DNA of 63,841 nucleotides, filler included, from Phoronis australis (taxonomy: Eukaryota; Animalia; Phoronida), in NCBI GenBank assembly GCA_002633005.1. It is 7 parts of 7 records of this genome, joined end to end, with 100 filler letters (N's around TTAATTAATTAA, not from the genome) between each part and the next. Parts side by side here need not be neighbours in the genome. Positions count along the whole stretch, not along the records: positions 1 to 26,335 come from NMRA01000703.1; 6 more parts are not named here. One strand, given 5' to 3'. Shown piece after piece: positions 13,225-26,435 of the stretch (positions are counted from its first letter, which is position 1; every line of letters starts with the position of its first letter). A model generated the notes under the pieces. The model was not told the DNA's origin, searched no databases, and saw only the letters and a program-made list of their open reading frames with translations. A program made the position numbers and the translations under genes.

Positions 13225-13617
13225 AATAATTACAATATATACAGTGTGAGTGTATGGAATAATTACAATATATACTGCGAGTTAAAAGAATAATAACAAT
13301 ATATAGTGTGTGTATGGAATAAATTAAAAAATTTTTGGTGTGAGTGTAAGGACTAATTCCAATATATAGTGCAAGAGAATGGAACCATTACAATATATAC
13401 AGTGTGAGTATATGGAATAATTACAATATAAAGTGCGAGTGTATGGAATTACAACACAGTGTGCGTGTATGAAATAATTACAATATATTCAATGTGAGAG
13501 TATGGAATAATTACAATATATAGAGTGTGCGTGTATTAAATAATTACAATATATTCAATGTGAGTGTATGGAATAATTATAATATATACAGTGTGAGTGT
13601 ATCGAATAATTTCAATA
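13225..13617. repeat. Degenerate minisatellite, about 33-35-bp unit (GGAATAATTACAATATATACAGTGTGAGTGTAT)
   Basis: About 11-12 imperfect copies. Confidence 0.9.
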
Positions 13618-14157
13618 TGTGAACCAGCACGACAAAACGAGTCTTAAGTCAGAAACTCTATTTCCTGACCAGACTGCAAACAGTTGCTATCGGTGAAAGT
13701 TAGGTCAAAACTTTTTATTGCAGATTATGATTATTTATTCATTCTACTTCACAAAACAATACTTTAAAACAAGCAAACTTCATTTCAAACCTTATTTATT
13801 TCAGTTTGAAAAACATCGCCTTCTCCACCACTGCATAGCTCATGAAATTTTCATCAAAATTTGCCGGTTTCCGTATCCCCATTGCTCAGTCACCGATGAC
13901 CCAATTCGCTCGTAAACACATCAACAGAAAGGTCAAACTGCTTATTATGCATGTAGTAAGCACTTTGAGTTTTTCATTCAATCATAAGTCATACTTTCAC
14001 TTTTTGCATTTGGGGTAAATTCAACAGAAGTGTCACTCACCAGTCTTTTAGCTAGCAACGACCTTTTAACCTTGGCTAATACATTGCTGACCTCATTCCC
14101 TAGAACTAGTTAAGTGGGCGTGAAACTGTGGGGTCACGAGGTCACGGATAGGGAAGT

Positions 14158-14501
14158 ACTAGCATAAGCCCACTTGAGTGGGACTTGTGGGTTAATGAAG
14201 TAACTGATAGCGTGACAACCCCACATGAGTGATACTTGTGGGTTAATGAAGTTTTAGCATGACAACCCCACATGAGTGGGACTTGCGGGTTAATTAAAGT
14301 TCAGCATGACAAGCCGACATGAGTGATACTTGTGGGTCAATGAAGTTTAAGCATAACAAGCCCACATGAGTGGGACTTGTGATTAATTAAGTTTCAGCAT
14401 GACAAGCCTACATGAGTGGGACATGTGGGTTAATGAATTTTAAGCATGACAACCCCACATGAGTAGGATTTGTGGGTTAATTTTAGCATGACAAGCCCAC
14501 A
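14158..14501. repeat. Minisatellite, about 47-bp unit with an internal palindrome
   Basis: Unit GCATGACAAGCCCACATGAGTGGGACTTGTGGGTTAATGAAGTTTA, about 7 copies. ACAAG-CCCAC...GTGGG-A-CTTGT can form a hairpin. Confidence 0.9.
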
Positions 14502-16710
14502 TTTGAAGCTGTTACATGTACAAGAACACACTCACATGCCTAGTACTTTAGTGTCTTGCCAAATGCAATCATTACACAGAAGAAAAATAATATTGTCTTT
14601 GCTGGTAAACAAAACCGAACAATATAAGTAGCAGGCACCTCAACTAGGCGCAACCAGCTTAAGTATCAATCCACGGATCCACCGACCACTGTACAGCCAA
14701 CAAGCGGCAAGGTGGGGGGTCAGCCACTCAAAACCATGTTCAGTCTAATAAATCACATAAAAGATGAGAGAAATTGTGTGAAGTATGACACCACAGAGTT
14801 TGGTGGTTTAGGAGATACAAGGGAAGTCTTCTGGGAGGCAAAATGAGGCAATTTCTTGATGCGGAATGAGTCATTTTTTACTACATTTTCTACAGCAGTT
14901 TCTGCTTCAAACAGAATCATTTCTGAATAATTTTGATATCACGATAAGTTCATAACCAATGTAAGTAAAAACGGCAACAACACTAAGATATTGGTTACCA
15001 TGGTAACACTGGAACTGTTTCCGTGGAGGTACTTTTCATGCGTGTTAAAAACCAGCGGTAAGTTATACCCTTATAGCGAAGCTGCCCCCATGAGAAAACT
15101 GAAAACAATAACATGGACATGTAAAAGACTCCATGCCCTTGAAATTAATTTAAAAAAAACTTTGTCAGCCCTTCAGGCAGGCTTGGTAATACGTAGGCCC
15201 TATCTGAATTTCACTATTACTGCACACAATGTGTTTTTGTCGTGTTGAACCAGTCACTAGTTGTGAGCCGTCTCTATGCATTAAAATGCCGTGGTATAAT
15301 ACAGCAATTAAAAGAATTGGTTTGCTTAAATGTTTTTGATGTATTATAAGAAAACAAGCAGTTCCCATTAACATATGAAATTATACTAAATTTGTTCATC
15401 CAACTCAATGAATACCAAACTAAAGCATACAATATGCGTTAGTTGAATGATGGCTGATCTGAAGAGCAGGTTTGCGAATGTATCTATTTATCTGGCACTG
15501 CCAGTCACATCTAATGTGGTATTTTTACAAATTACTGAGAGAAATGACTTTGAAAACTCTTAGGAAATGCACAAGGAATATAGCGAGACATTTGAGAACC
15601 CTAAACATGAGGGGACGTGAAGGAGGTGGAACTTGTCCACCCGAGAAGTAGTCTGTTTGCCTCGGAGGCAGGTGTACAGCTGGAGCTAGATTATCTACCA
15701 TAGTACACTTGCCCAAATCATCGTTACAACCCTCGACATATATTGGCGTCGCTAAAGACACTGAGTACATCCACTGCACACAATACAGAAATCCGACAGA
15801 GGTCTGAAAAATGACCAAAGAAGTCAGTCAAGGTTTAAGGTCCTGCTTCATGCGAGCTCAGGTAGGAATCACCAAACTCCAGGGTCAGACTCTGAGGAAT
15901 GTTCACAGTTTTGATCAATCACTCATCGGTGAGACAAGTCGCACATCAAAATGCACCCTCCCAATATTGGAATAAAGACACGAATTTTAACATGACCCGT
16001 ACATCCCCCAAATTATCCCTTTGACTTGAGGTTTTGAAAGGACATTTGATCTGTTAACCACGTAAAGGATTACAGTGTTGTTTCATACATGTTGAATTTA
16101 CAGTAGAGTTAAAAATTCCTGTTTACCTCATATGATTGCTAAAAAGCGTTGTCTTGCTGAATTTTAGGTTAAACTAACAAAAATAGTCAGTGAGTGTTGT
16201 GAGGGTTCCACAATATTTATTGAGGATCTTGAACCTAATGGTTTCCATATCTTACTTGTGCATAAAAGATAGTGTATGCTATGTATACAATGGATTACAA
16301 GAACACAATTACACATGTAGTCAGATGTTTGGTTGGAAATATGTTATGTTGAAATTGTTAACTTTTTGTGATCATCATGAAGGCGGGCTCGTGTGAAGTG
16401 CAGAATAGCATTGCTCAACTTTTGGGGTCATATCAGCTGCCATCTACTGTTCTGTGTTATAAACAACCAGGATGGTAGTGAACTAGGGTGGGGAGATCTT
16501 GTACAGTTGTATTGGGGATTTTAGATGGTTTTGCTAGAAATTGCATAGCAAATACATATTATACAGTGGCTGCTACCCAAGCACGTTAGAGTAACCACCT
16601 CTATTAAGACGCTGTTGTTTTATTTGGTTGATCCCTATAGCCTATGACTGTGAACATGCAACAAAAGATATTTCCAATACAGCTGACTGAATATGACTAC
16701 AAATTTTCAG

Positions 16711-17392
16711 GAATATGCAGAAGCTGCCAGACAAAGCAGGCTGACTTAATGAAATTTCAGAGTGTGCCAAAAGAAAGCGAGTTAGATTTGGAGCCTATGG
16801 ATACTACAGTAACAGTAAGTACTTGTAAAAATCTGTAACAAATTCCGTAATTGCCTAAAATCGGTCAATTGTTTTATTTTTCAATGTTATGAAGAGAAAT
16901 GTAATGCACAACTCATGCATTTCACAATGAATGCTGACACATAGGTAGCACGGATAATTTAAATAGGTTTCAATATTTTCTACATGTAATGTGCCCTACT
17001 TTCAGGTACATAGAAATTCATTTTGTGAATTTTTATAATCAAATCAGAATGATTTATTTGTGATGCCTTCACTTTAGCTTGGTATTCATGTTTTCTGAGC
17101 CGAAATGGCCACATTAAATTTAATATGTTTATATTTTTCATTGATGCAATTTTAGGAATCAGAAAAGGCTTATGCTGAAGACGTAGCTTCTGCTGAAGTT
17201 GGAAACCTGCTGATTATAAGTAAAGGTTGGGTATGGAAAAGTTCAAAATCAGCAAGAAGGTACCTTTCTGGACAACTAAGTGAGGGTGCTAGAGTGAGGC
17301 CAAAAAGTCTACTCCCAGAAGATGTGAGGAACAAGTCGGGGAAAAGTATTTGCCAAAGATTACTGGCTTGTACCACAACAGGTCCAAAGTAA
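16711..17392 (+). pseudogene. Candidate two-exon coding remnant (16711-16814 and 17156-17392), unidentified, possibly transposon-derived
   Basis: ttttcAG|...ICRSCQTKQADLMKF...DTTVT|GTAAGT joins in phase 0 to ttttAG|ESEKAYAEDVASAEVGN..., which stays open for 78 codons. The sequence downstream is interrupted by stops. No family recognised. Confidence 0.3.
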
Positions 17393-18558
17393 TTTGTTGA
17401 GAAAGGCCACTCTCAGCAACTGTGGGGAAACTGTGACAGTTGGATGTAGAGGACATGACAGAGGAAGTGGAGTATGCATCGGAAAGAGACAATCTGAACT
17501 TTAAGATTGTCAAGGATGTAGCATTGTAAAAATTCAAAGGGAAGAAACAGTGCAGTGGCTGGACCTGTAAATACTCTGGCTGATCTGCTAAATCCAGTGG
17601 TGGTATTATTATGTCAGAACAGCTGTGTAGGGAAGTAGGCTAGTGTGTTGTTGCAAGCTGTTTGCACCAGAACTGCTGTGTGAACAGCACAAATCTAAAT
17701 TTACCTGGATTGATATTTTGCCCACCACCGATCATGATCCTGGGCCAGTGAATTATGTTGGTACAGCTACATGGTAATGGGTACATTATTCTTTTTGTTT
17801 AGCCACTGAATTTTTTGGTCTGATAGGATTTTTCAGCGAGGCCAACACATTTAGACATTTGTTTTGTGATTTCTGACCACTGTACTGTTTCTTTTCCTTG
17901 AAATTGTGTTTCCGCATTTTACTTACCATTATAGATTTTTGTTTTTCAATTGAGTATTTATTACTGACATTCGAGCCCCTGTTGCAGTTAGTCTGGTTGT
18001 AAACCTACATTCCTTCCTGGAGGAGGTAAAGTTTTGATTTAGACCATTTACCTCTATAAACTTTTCTCAATATGTTCCTTATGCAGATGGGAAGTGATTT
18101 CTGGAATTGCAGCAAATTACCAGTTTGCTATTCCTCGAGACCATGCTGTGTGTATAAAATCACACTCTGTTAGACAAGCCATCTTATAGAGCCTGGTCTC
18201 TAGCAAATGCATATTGCCAGTTCTTTCGAAATTCTGAAATTGCTCAGAAGTGACTAGGAAATAATACTTATTTCAAAATGGTAAGTTGTCTAAATAAAAA
18301 GTTGTTTTATGTGATAGTTAAGGCGGGTTTATGTCCACTTCAAATGATTTTTTGTTGCAGTACTGAAAAGTTAGCACATTAGCCCTGGTGACTCCTTGGT
18401 TTTTGGTGAATTGACCATTTTATGGTTCCTATGAGTAACTTTGTAACTGGTCTAGTACGTATGTACAACTGTAATCGCACGGCAACTGTAATGCATACCA
18501 CGTTGCAAAAGTAATTTTCCATGCAAAAATGCTGTGTAACTAGAACAGACAAGCCAGT

Positions 18559-18617
18559 TTTTCACTTTGTGGTTATTTTTCACTTTGTGGTTATTTTTCA
18601 CTTTGTGGTTATTTTTG
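18559..18617. repeat. 18-bp tandem repeat, 3 copies (TTTTTCACTTTGTGGTTA)
   Basis: Direct inspection. Confidence 0.9.
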
Positions 18618-20061
18618 ATAAGAACATTGATGTGCTACCTACAGCTACCTCAAGTTAGAAAAGAAGAAATTTACAGTGTTGCAAGTGACATTGCGAAATC
18701 CCTTTTTTCTCAGTGAGACGACATCACCTTAAATATATTCCCTGACTTTATGGGTTTTATGCGGTTGACTCTGTCCTCTAGCAATTGGAGTGTTTAAAAG
18801 ATGTAGAAGGCATTTTTATTAGAGTCATAACATTTGCACTTTTGACTGTACAGTTATCTTTGTATTATATTATGAAAATATATTTTGTAGTATACAAGTC
18901 TCTGGTTGGTGTTTTATATATTTTCACAAGGAATATTTTCAACATAGATGTGTTGCCTGTGAGGTAGACAACTTTCAAATGAGATGAGGAATAAAATTGT
19001 CAAACATGGTTTTAATTTTTAGATGTGTGACTGCTTTTGAGAAACCAGTGCAGAATTTGATGTTTACTCTTCATTTACGAGAATAAATCCATAAACTTCG
19101 TTGTCTAGAAATTTTACTCAAAGTACGTATTACAGGGTTGGGAATTGATATCCTAATACAAGGGAATCTGAACCGTACCGTACCATGAGCAATGCAACAC
19201 AATACATGGATATAAAAAATGGTGTTTATGTTCCACGGAAAGGATTCGTGTGCGCGGTAAGAGTTACTGATGTGCAAGATGAGTGTCTAGGGATACTTTG
19301 GGATTCCCCTTCGGTGGTCATCCACGGGAAACCTGGTCGCATAGATTAGCATCGTCATTGTTCCCGTTGTTACATAGGTGGATTTAGGGGGGGGGGCAGA
19401 GGGCCCGGGCCCCTCCCTGGCTGCCGCAAAAAAATAAAACAGCAAGAGCGTAGGGAAATGTTGAGTTTATTAATTAACCCTGGTAATTAAAATTATACGG
19501 ATGAAACAAGATTTAAATGTGGGCATTTTTAGTGTTTGGGGGGGGGCTCAGATCCAATTTCAAGTGTAAAAATTCGGAACACGGCACATTCCTAATGAAA
19601 CTATGGCTAAGTATAGGCTCTACCGCGATATCCCAGGTGACTGGCAGTGGCGCTGCGTACTACAACTCCGTTTTCGTCGTCTGCTCCACTGTGCAATGAA
19701 GAAAAATTACTTCATTTTTTAAAGAAAATGGAACCTCAGTGACGATGAAAAAACAGAAGCTGCTGGTAAGATGTGAATTTTAATCGAAACCTTACTGAAT
19801 CACTCAGAAACTCATAATTCTCTCTTTGTCAAATCTTAACTTAAGACGATTTCCAAAGCAATCCCATCATTATTGCCAACACGAAAAACGAATTTGGTCT
19901 TTTGGGCATTTGAAGACTATTTTAAATACAACAAATTTGTTAAGAACCGATTGCACAAAATATAAAACGTGTAATAGGCATTACAAAAAGAAGTAGGTTT
20001 CACACGCAAACGCTGTGGACCGTAAACAAGTAGATCTCTTAGTATAAGATACATAGTTAAA

Positions 20062-20127
20062 TCGTGGTGGTGTAGTGGTAAAGCACATGCGCTTTATCTG
20101 CCACGTCGTGAGTTCGAGTCTGTGGAA
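20062..20127 (+). mobile_element. Degenerate tRNA-derived SINE head or pseudo-tRNA
   Basis: A-box-like TGGTGTAGTGG (20068-20078) and B-box-like GAGTTCGAGTC (20110-20120) at tRNA-like spacing. The stems are broken. Confidence 0.45.
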
Positions 20128-23100
20128 CTTGCGGTTTTTCCCGTTTGACACGTTCTCTGTTTTTGTGTTTCTTGCTTTTTTTTTCTTGGATAATACATCA
20201 AGAATCAAGGAAATGGTGGATTTTTAGAGGAAAAAACAGAAAACCCCCCCTCCCGACCTCCCCCCATTCGGTACTATACGCATCTACAATCATGGTTTGC
20301 GCAAATGCTTACAGCCGGACAAAATGTTGGGCCCCCCATGTGATATCCTAGATCTGACACTGCGTTATAGTAAAGATAATGACGAGCATTTATCGGCAAC
20401 GGTCTGATGTGCGCCCAAGGTTCTATATCCATGAGACCTGTGTTGTTATATCTAACAATGACACAACAAAGGAAAACAATGATACGACCGATGGGCGATA
20501 TACATGCCACCAGTTGCCATGGACAGTGGCGGAGTTTATCTTGTCCTTTAAATGTTTTTAGAGAACTGCAAACCCGATATTTCGTCAGCAAAATTTCTGC
20601 TTCATTTTGGAAAAATTGCGGCCATGCCACCAAACTTATCATTCATTTGATATTAAAATGCGTTGCATGAACGTTTGATCAACAGAAAATCTGACATGAA
20701 TAGGTGTGAAGAAATACACATGAGGAAACTGCAAAGCATAACAACTGTAAATCAAAATAACCTACATTGTTGTCGAATCTAACCCTGTTGACTGGGGAAG
20801 ACATAATCGGCTTTTTAAAAAACGGAGCAATGTATGGTATCTAGGAGTACTATAGTCCTAGGTGGTAAGTAGTAAAGCATCCAAAACATTCAGAAGAAAC
20901 AAACTCATTGCAAAATATCGAAAAACATTAAGGACAATCCGATTTTACGTGCTCACGCAACGGTGTATCAGATATTTGAACATTTCTCATTTTAGTATAT
21001 TTGAGGTTCCAAAATGTATAACTAAAAAACTGGCTGACAAAGCTTTTATTTTATACAATGAAAGTAACATATTTTGTCAACAATTTGGCCAAGTTTCATT
21101 CTCATAGCAGTAGAGGCAGATTTGATATAGTAGGATACTGAACACAACCTCAAAATGGCATAACGGGGGGCAGTGTAGTAAAACTACTAAATGAGGGTGG
21201 TAAATCGGAATTTTTTTTCAAGACATCTGTGTAACAATCTACAGGCACCACTTAACAATGCCAAGTGAATAATACTTCAATAGCTTTCATCCAAGGAAAA
21301 GTATAAACAGTTAAAATTGGACAGTTTTTACAGCGTGAAAACATGGCTGCGAAGCCGTGAAATGTGTTAGAGCCTATAACTTTAGTAGAACGTAATATTT
21401 TGGGGAAATATTTTACCACTGTTTATAGATCTCATAGGACTATCTATGAGTCAAAGTTGGTGAAAATCGGCCGACCCCCACCTTGCTGCTGGGTGGCTGT
21501 TGCTCTCATGGACAAGCACTTAATTGCTGTATGGACTTCTATGGAACTTGGCACATATCAACATATCATTAGTGAAGAGCTAACAGTAATAATCCAGCAG
21601 TAGATAACTTGACTAAATAGGAAAATCAATAGGAAAATCAAAAAGCAAGGTTGGCATTGTGAAGTGGGTCAAAATCCACAAAAGGTGGTCAGCCACTTGT
21701 TCCTGACCATTTCAAACCAAATAAACCAGTTTCAAAATGACCACACTTCATGCCAGAGTTATTTAGCATTGTACTTTTGACGCAGTAGAATAGCTGTTGT
21801 CAAACATTTGCCCAATATATTTCAACTTTATTTTGCCTATGCGCTAATTCTTGTTATTAGACTTTAATGTGCTGTTATTACATCAAATGCTAATTCTAGA
21901 TAATTTGACTATGTCATGCCTAGCGTCAGCTGCAGTCATTTCTCAATTGTCCTAATTTGTCATTAAAACCATCAAATTACACCTCAGTTGATGCTCTGGT
22001 GTCTAAGTTTTCACACAATATGCTCGGCAGTTTTCCACCGAGGTTGCTCTGATATTAATACTTCTGTGTTTCAGATACCTCAGTGACAAATTAAATAGCT
22101 TTAAGAGCTATCATTTTTAACACAAGTCTTAATTAGTGTTTGATTTTGTAATTAACGAGTTACTTAATGTAGTAATTTCAGAGTCTCTTCTGTATCTAAA
22201 ACGAAACTTTGAGTGTGCTGTTCTGTAAGGTTTCGTGTGATTGTTTTCACTTGTAGTGAGTAGTGGTGTTACCAATCTGCTTGCTGTTAAACCCGGGCTG
22301 CGTGACACTATAATGGGGACAACTGGAGTAAAAACGTGATGCAAATTGTACATTTCCGTCATGCACGCGCTCAGTCATGGTGTAAAGAATTGTGATAAGA
22401 CTAAGAGTAGAACTCATTGTAATGAAGGTCCCTGCAGCCGTTCTTGATATACTCATCAATTGTTTGCTAGAATTAATATTAACTTGTTGGCAAACTATGA
22501 GACAGTACACATGCTGTACATGTAGCAAATAGTGACAATTTGGTGGTACGTGGGCGAGTCCTGAGCAATCAGACACAAATCACAAAGTGACTCACTGAAT
22601 GATCTATCATAAAAGTGCACTGAAATTTCAGTGCTGCAGGATGGCAGTTAGTTTTGCCATTTCACCATCCATGTTGCGAATTCTGCAAAAGTGGACGAAA
22701 AACAGGTGCTAAAGCCTCCGGTAATTGTCATGAAATTTAGGCACTCTTGTCGTCATGAAGTGGATATCAAGACCTACATTTTGTGCATTAAAACTTTCTC
22801 AAAATTTAATGTTGTCCAATTTAGTTTGAAACTACTTTATAGTGTGGTAAGGTCAGGCAACAAAACTTACCTTTCAAGCTTACAATAAACCACATCGGTG
22901 ACAGAGTAATTCAGAAATGGCCTAGTCTGATCCCGCAAAATATGGCTTTAACTCAAACCAAACAGGAAGCTAATAGAGCTAAAGCCCAATCAGTAAGCAA
23001 TTTAGTGTTACAAGCCACCAGCTTGGATTTCAGTGAATGACTGGAAGCCAACCACGACAGCTAATGATTTATCACAATTGTTTTATACCAGTTCTGAAGA

Positions 23101-23245
23101 CAGAGATAACTTCAAGAAGAACATCCCATCTAGAAATAATCCCAAAATATGTCTCTTTAAAGACAAGTACCTGTAAGAGTAGAGAACATTTATATTTTGG
23201 ATTTGGAAGAATGACTTTTTACAAACACACCGTAAATGCTTAAAG

Positions 23246-24310
23246 AACAAGAGCAACGCAGAGCGTTGAAATGCACCCACAATTGCACTGCATACGGTAT
23301 CCTTCTAGGGTTGTTTATTGGTACCATCAAGTGGTCAGTAGAGGGCATATATGTAGTACGTTGTACTTTGCAAAATGGAAAGGCATGGTCATTGTCTCCT
23401 CAATAGGCTAGGGGCAAAATGTGAGTAATCTTCATAATACAAGCACATCCTATACATAAGTTGCTTAAAGCACCACAGAAACATAGAATTAAAAACAAAT
23501 TTACCAACATACGAGATTAGCACAACATTAGAATGCCAGAAACAAATTTCTACTTGGAACTTTTCCTTCATAGTCACAAAGTAACACAAAGTATGCACCT
23601 GAAGACCTATGAAAATACAGAGGTCAATGTAAAATACTAAAATTGCCACTAGAGGCAAATACTAAAATTGCCACTAGAGGCATACCGGTAGTGAGAATCA
23701 TCCTAAAGTCGTCATCGTCCGTTGTCAACATCACATAAATACACTTGCTAAATTTAATAAAGATCCTGCAAACGGTTTGGGAGATACAGCCATGGGCGCA
23801 AAAAAACAAACTGCCACTAGGAGGCGCCACAGTAGTCAAAATCGTCGGAAAATCATAGTCAGCTGTCTTCCTTATAGTAAGCACATACACGCCAATTTTC
23901 ACAATCATCCTTTGAGCGGTTTGGTTGATAGAGGGGTGGACGCAAAAATACCGACTCGAAAACAGTAAAAATGGCCACTAGGTGGCGCAAACTATGTCGA
24001 ATCCATTGGAAAACGGCAGGATAGCGTCATCTCACTAATAGGTGCCTACATACCAAATTTCATGAAATCCGTTCAGGACTTTTGAAGATACAAAGGTAAG
24101 CGTAAAAAACTAAAATTGCCACTAGGGGGCACACCGGTAGTCGGATCCCTCCGAAAGTTCGCACATACATATGTTCCATTCATAAATGGAACATATGTAC
24201 CAAATTTCATGAACGTATGTTAAAGGGTTTTGGAGATAGAGCAGCGGACGCCGGACGGATAGGGATGACGGCATAATGCTCCACATATAAATATGTAGGC
24301 GCATAAAAAT
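23246..24310 (+). mobile_element. DINE-1/HINE-like interspersed repeat with internal GCCACTAGRKGGC-containing units
   Basis: Begins AACAAGAGCAACGC and has repeated internal modules and a CGGACG-type tract near its end. It is homologous, in inverse orientation, to 52775-53994 on a different contig. Confidence 0.7.
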
Positions 24311-24344
24311 TGGAAAAACATTATTTCCATAACTTGACAGCACA

Positions 24345-24575
24345 AGCAACAGTTCCACTTATCATCCATCCTAATAGCACACATTGCTGCTGACACTGCT
24401 AGCAACAGCTCCACCTATCATCCATACTAATAGCACACATTGCTGCTGACACTGCTAGCAACAGCTCCACCTATCATCCATACTAATAGCACACATTGCT
24501 GCTGACACTGCTAGCAACAGCTCCACCTATCATCCATACTAATAGCACACATTACTGCTGACACTGCTAGCACCA
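24345..24575. repeat. Minisatellite, 56-bp unit, about 4 copies
   Basis: Unit TATCATCCATACTAATAGCACACATTGCTGCTGACACTGCTAGCAACAGCTCCACC. Confidence 0.95.
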
Positions 24576-26335
24576 CTTACAGCTACAGACGGCTGCAGAT
24601 CTCATCTCTGGGATGATTGTTCAATGGAATAGACTTTTAGCCTTGACCAAAATTGCAAAAATAGAATCTGTAGTGATATTCCCACAAATTGCCAACTCTC
24701 GCTGATGGTTTACCATTGCAATTTGCTGAAATCAAAGCTGGTGACTTTACCAGTTATATACGTCTATCTGTCACTTATCATACCCTAGTTATATACCAGT
24801 TATAAAGTCCATCTGTCAATTATCACACTTTAGTTAACACATAGTTTGGCTGGTAAGAGTTCTACGATGAGATGGTCAAAAAAGAATAGTGAAGAAGTGA
24901 CCAATGTGGGCTTTACATGTTGACATTCAATCCACCAACTAGTTTATTGACTTCTACATATTAATTACCTATCTCAGTGGAATGGAAGCACAGGGTGAGT
25001 GAAAAAACAGAGCACTTTGCAGACCATCTTCTTCACAATAGGATTAAGTCAAACTGTTTACATGGCAAGAGGCAGTGATACATACTTTTGAGAGGGTATG
25101 ATATTGAAGATAATCTGTGCTCGTGGTGGGGCCCACTCCATATTCCCTCGTAGTCTGGTGGTGTGCTGTAACAGCCAAGGTGATCATACACTAAGTCAAA
25201 ATAAAGATTATTCAACTTCTATACCTGTAATGCATCTTGATGAAAATTAAAACCTATCTTCAACGGTAGCACCTGTAAATTTGGTTCCTACAGTATGTTA
25301 AGAGCATCGCTCTGAGCCCACTAGTGCCATAAATTGCCAAATGTAAAGAACTAATAGGTGCATTGGCTTGCTTTATTTACGTCACCGTGGCAGTCACCTT
25401 TTAATACAAACAGCTGCAATTAATACCGGCACGCAATGGTGCCAATACACATAGTGTGAAACGAGATGTGCCAAGGTAATACACATAGTATGGAAAGAGC
25501 ACTGAAAACTACTTAATATATGTACACTGAACTACATAATTATGTTTAGCTTGGTAGAAGACTTTCCGTAAGACATGGTTGACTGAACACAACTTTGTAG
25601 CTGAATCGTCCAAATTTTAAAACTCTCCTCTCATAGCACACGTACATAGTGGCCATCTGTCACTTGGACCAGTTCTATACAGGAGCTGTCCGATGTTCAC
25701 TGTGAGCGATCGAAACAACATAGAAATCAACAAATTTTAAACTGCTTATTTTAATATTTCGGTACGCATCTTTCATCTAGTAAGTTGTGTTCATATGTAC
25801 TAATATACACTCTTATTTTCAACCTCACATAAGAGACTAGTAACAGATTTCACTTTCTAGCCATCGTAATCTTCAAATTTTGCATGACATGCTATGAACA
25901 TTCCCACTAAATAAAATTGGTTCTAACCCCAGTGGTTAAGGTAAACGGTGGGGTATGGAAAATTGAACTAGACCGTATTTATCCACCTTGGCTGAGTCGC
26001 GCTCGGCTCACGATCAAAGGGATGCCGCCAAGCTGCTCTAGTCATCGAGTCACGAGCGAGGATAATTGGCTTCGCTCATGCGGATATGATCAGCTGATTA
26101 CAATCTAGCTAGCAGACTGTACTTTTTATGGAGAGAGTTTTACGTAGTTTTTACTGTAATATTTGAAAAGAGGAGCGAAAACAAATATGAGTACAACTTT
26201 GAATTTTTCAAATCGGCCCAGGATAAGAGATTTTGCAACACAGCAACACTCACGATTACTTTCATTCGGCGCGCACTAATACAAAAATATAGGACCCAAG
26301 TTATTTAGATTTTGGAACACATGCATTGCAATATT

Positions 26336-26435
26336 NNNNNNNNNNNNNNNNNNNNNNNNNNNNNNNNNNNNNNNNNNNNTTAATTAATTAANNNNNNNNN
26401 NNNNNNNNNNNNNNNNNNNNNNNNNNNNNNNNNNN
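26336..26435. other. Artificial contig-joining spacer (N44-TTAATTAATTAA-N44)
   Basis: Exactly 100 nt with a six-frame stop linker; the same structure occurs six times. Confidence 0.99.

Noticed and set aside
15525-15818. 97-aa minus-strand ORF as a further RUBCN exon
   Set aside because: No resemblance to the expected upstream Rubicon segment and no convincing donor in the required phase.
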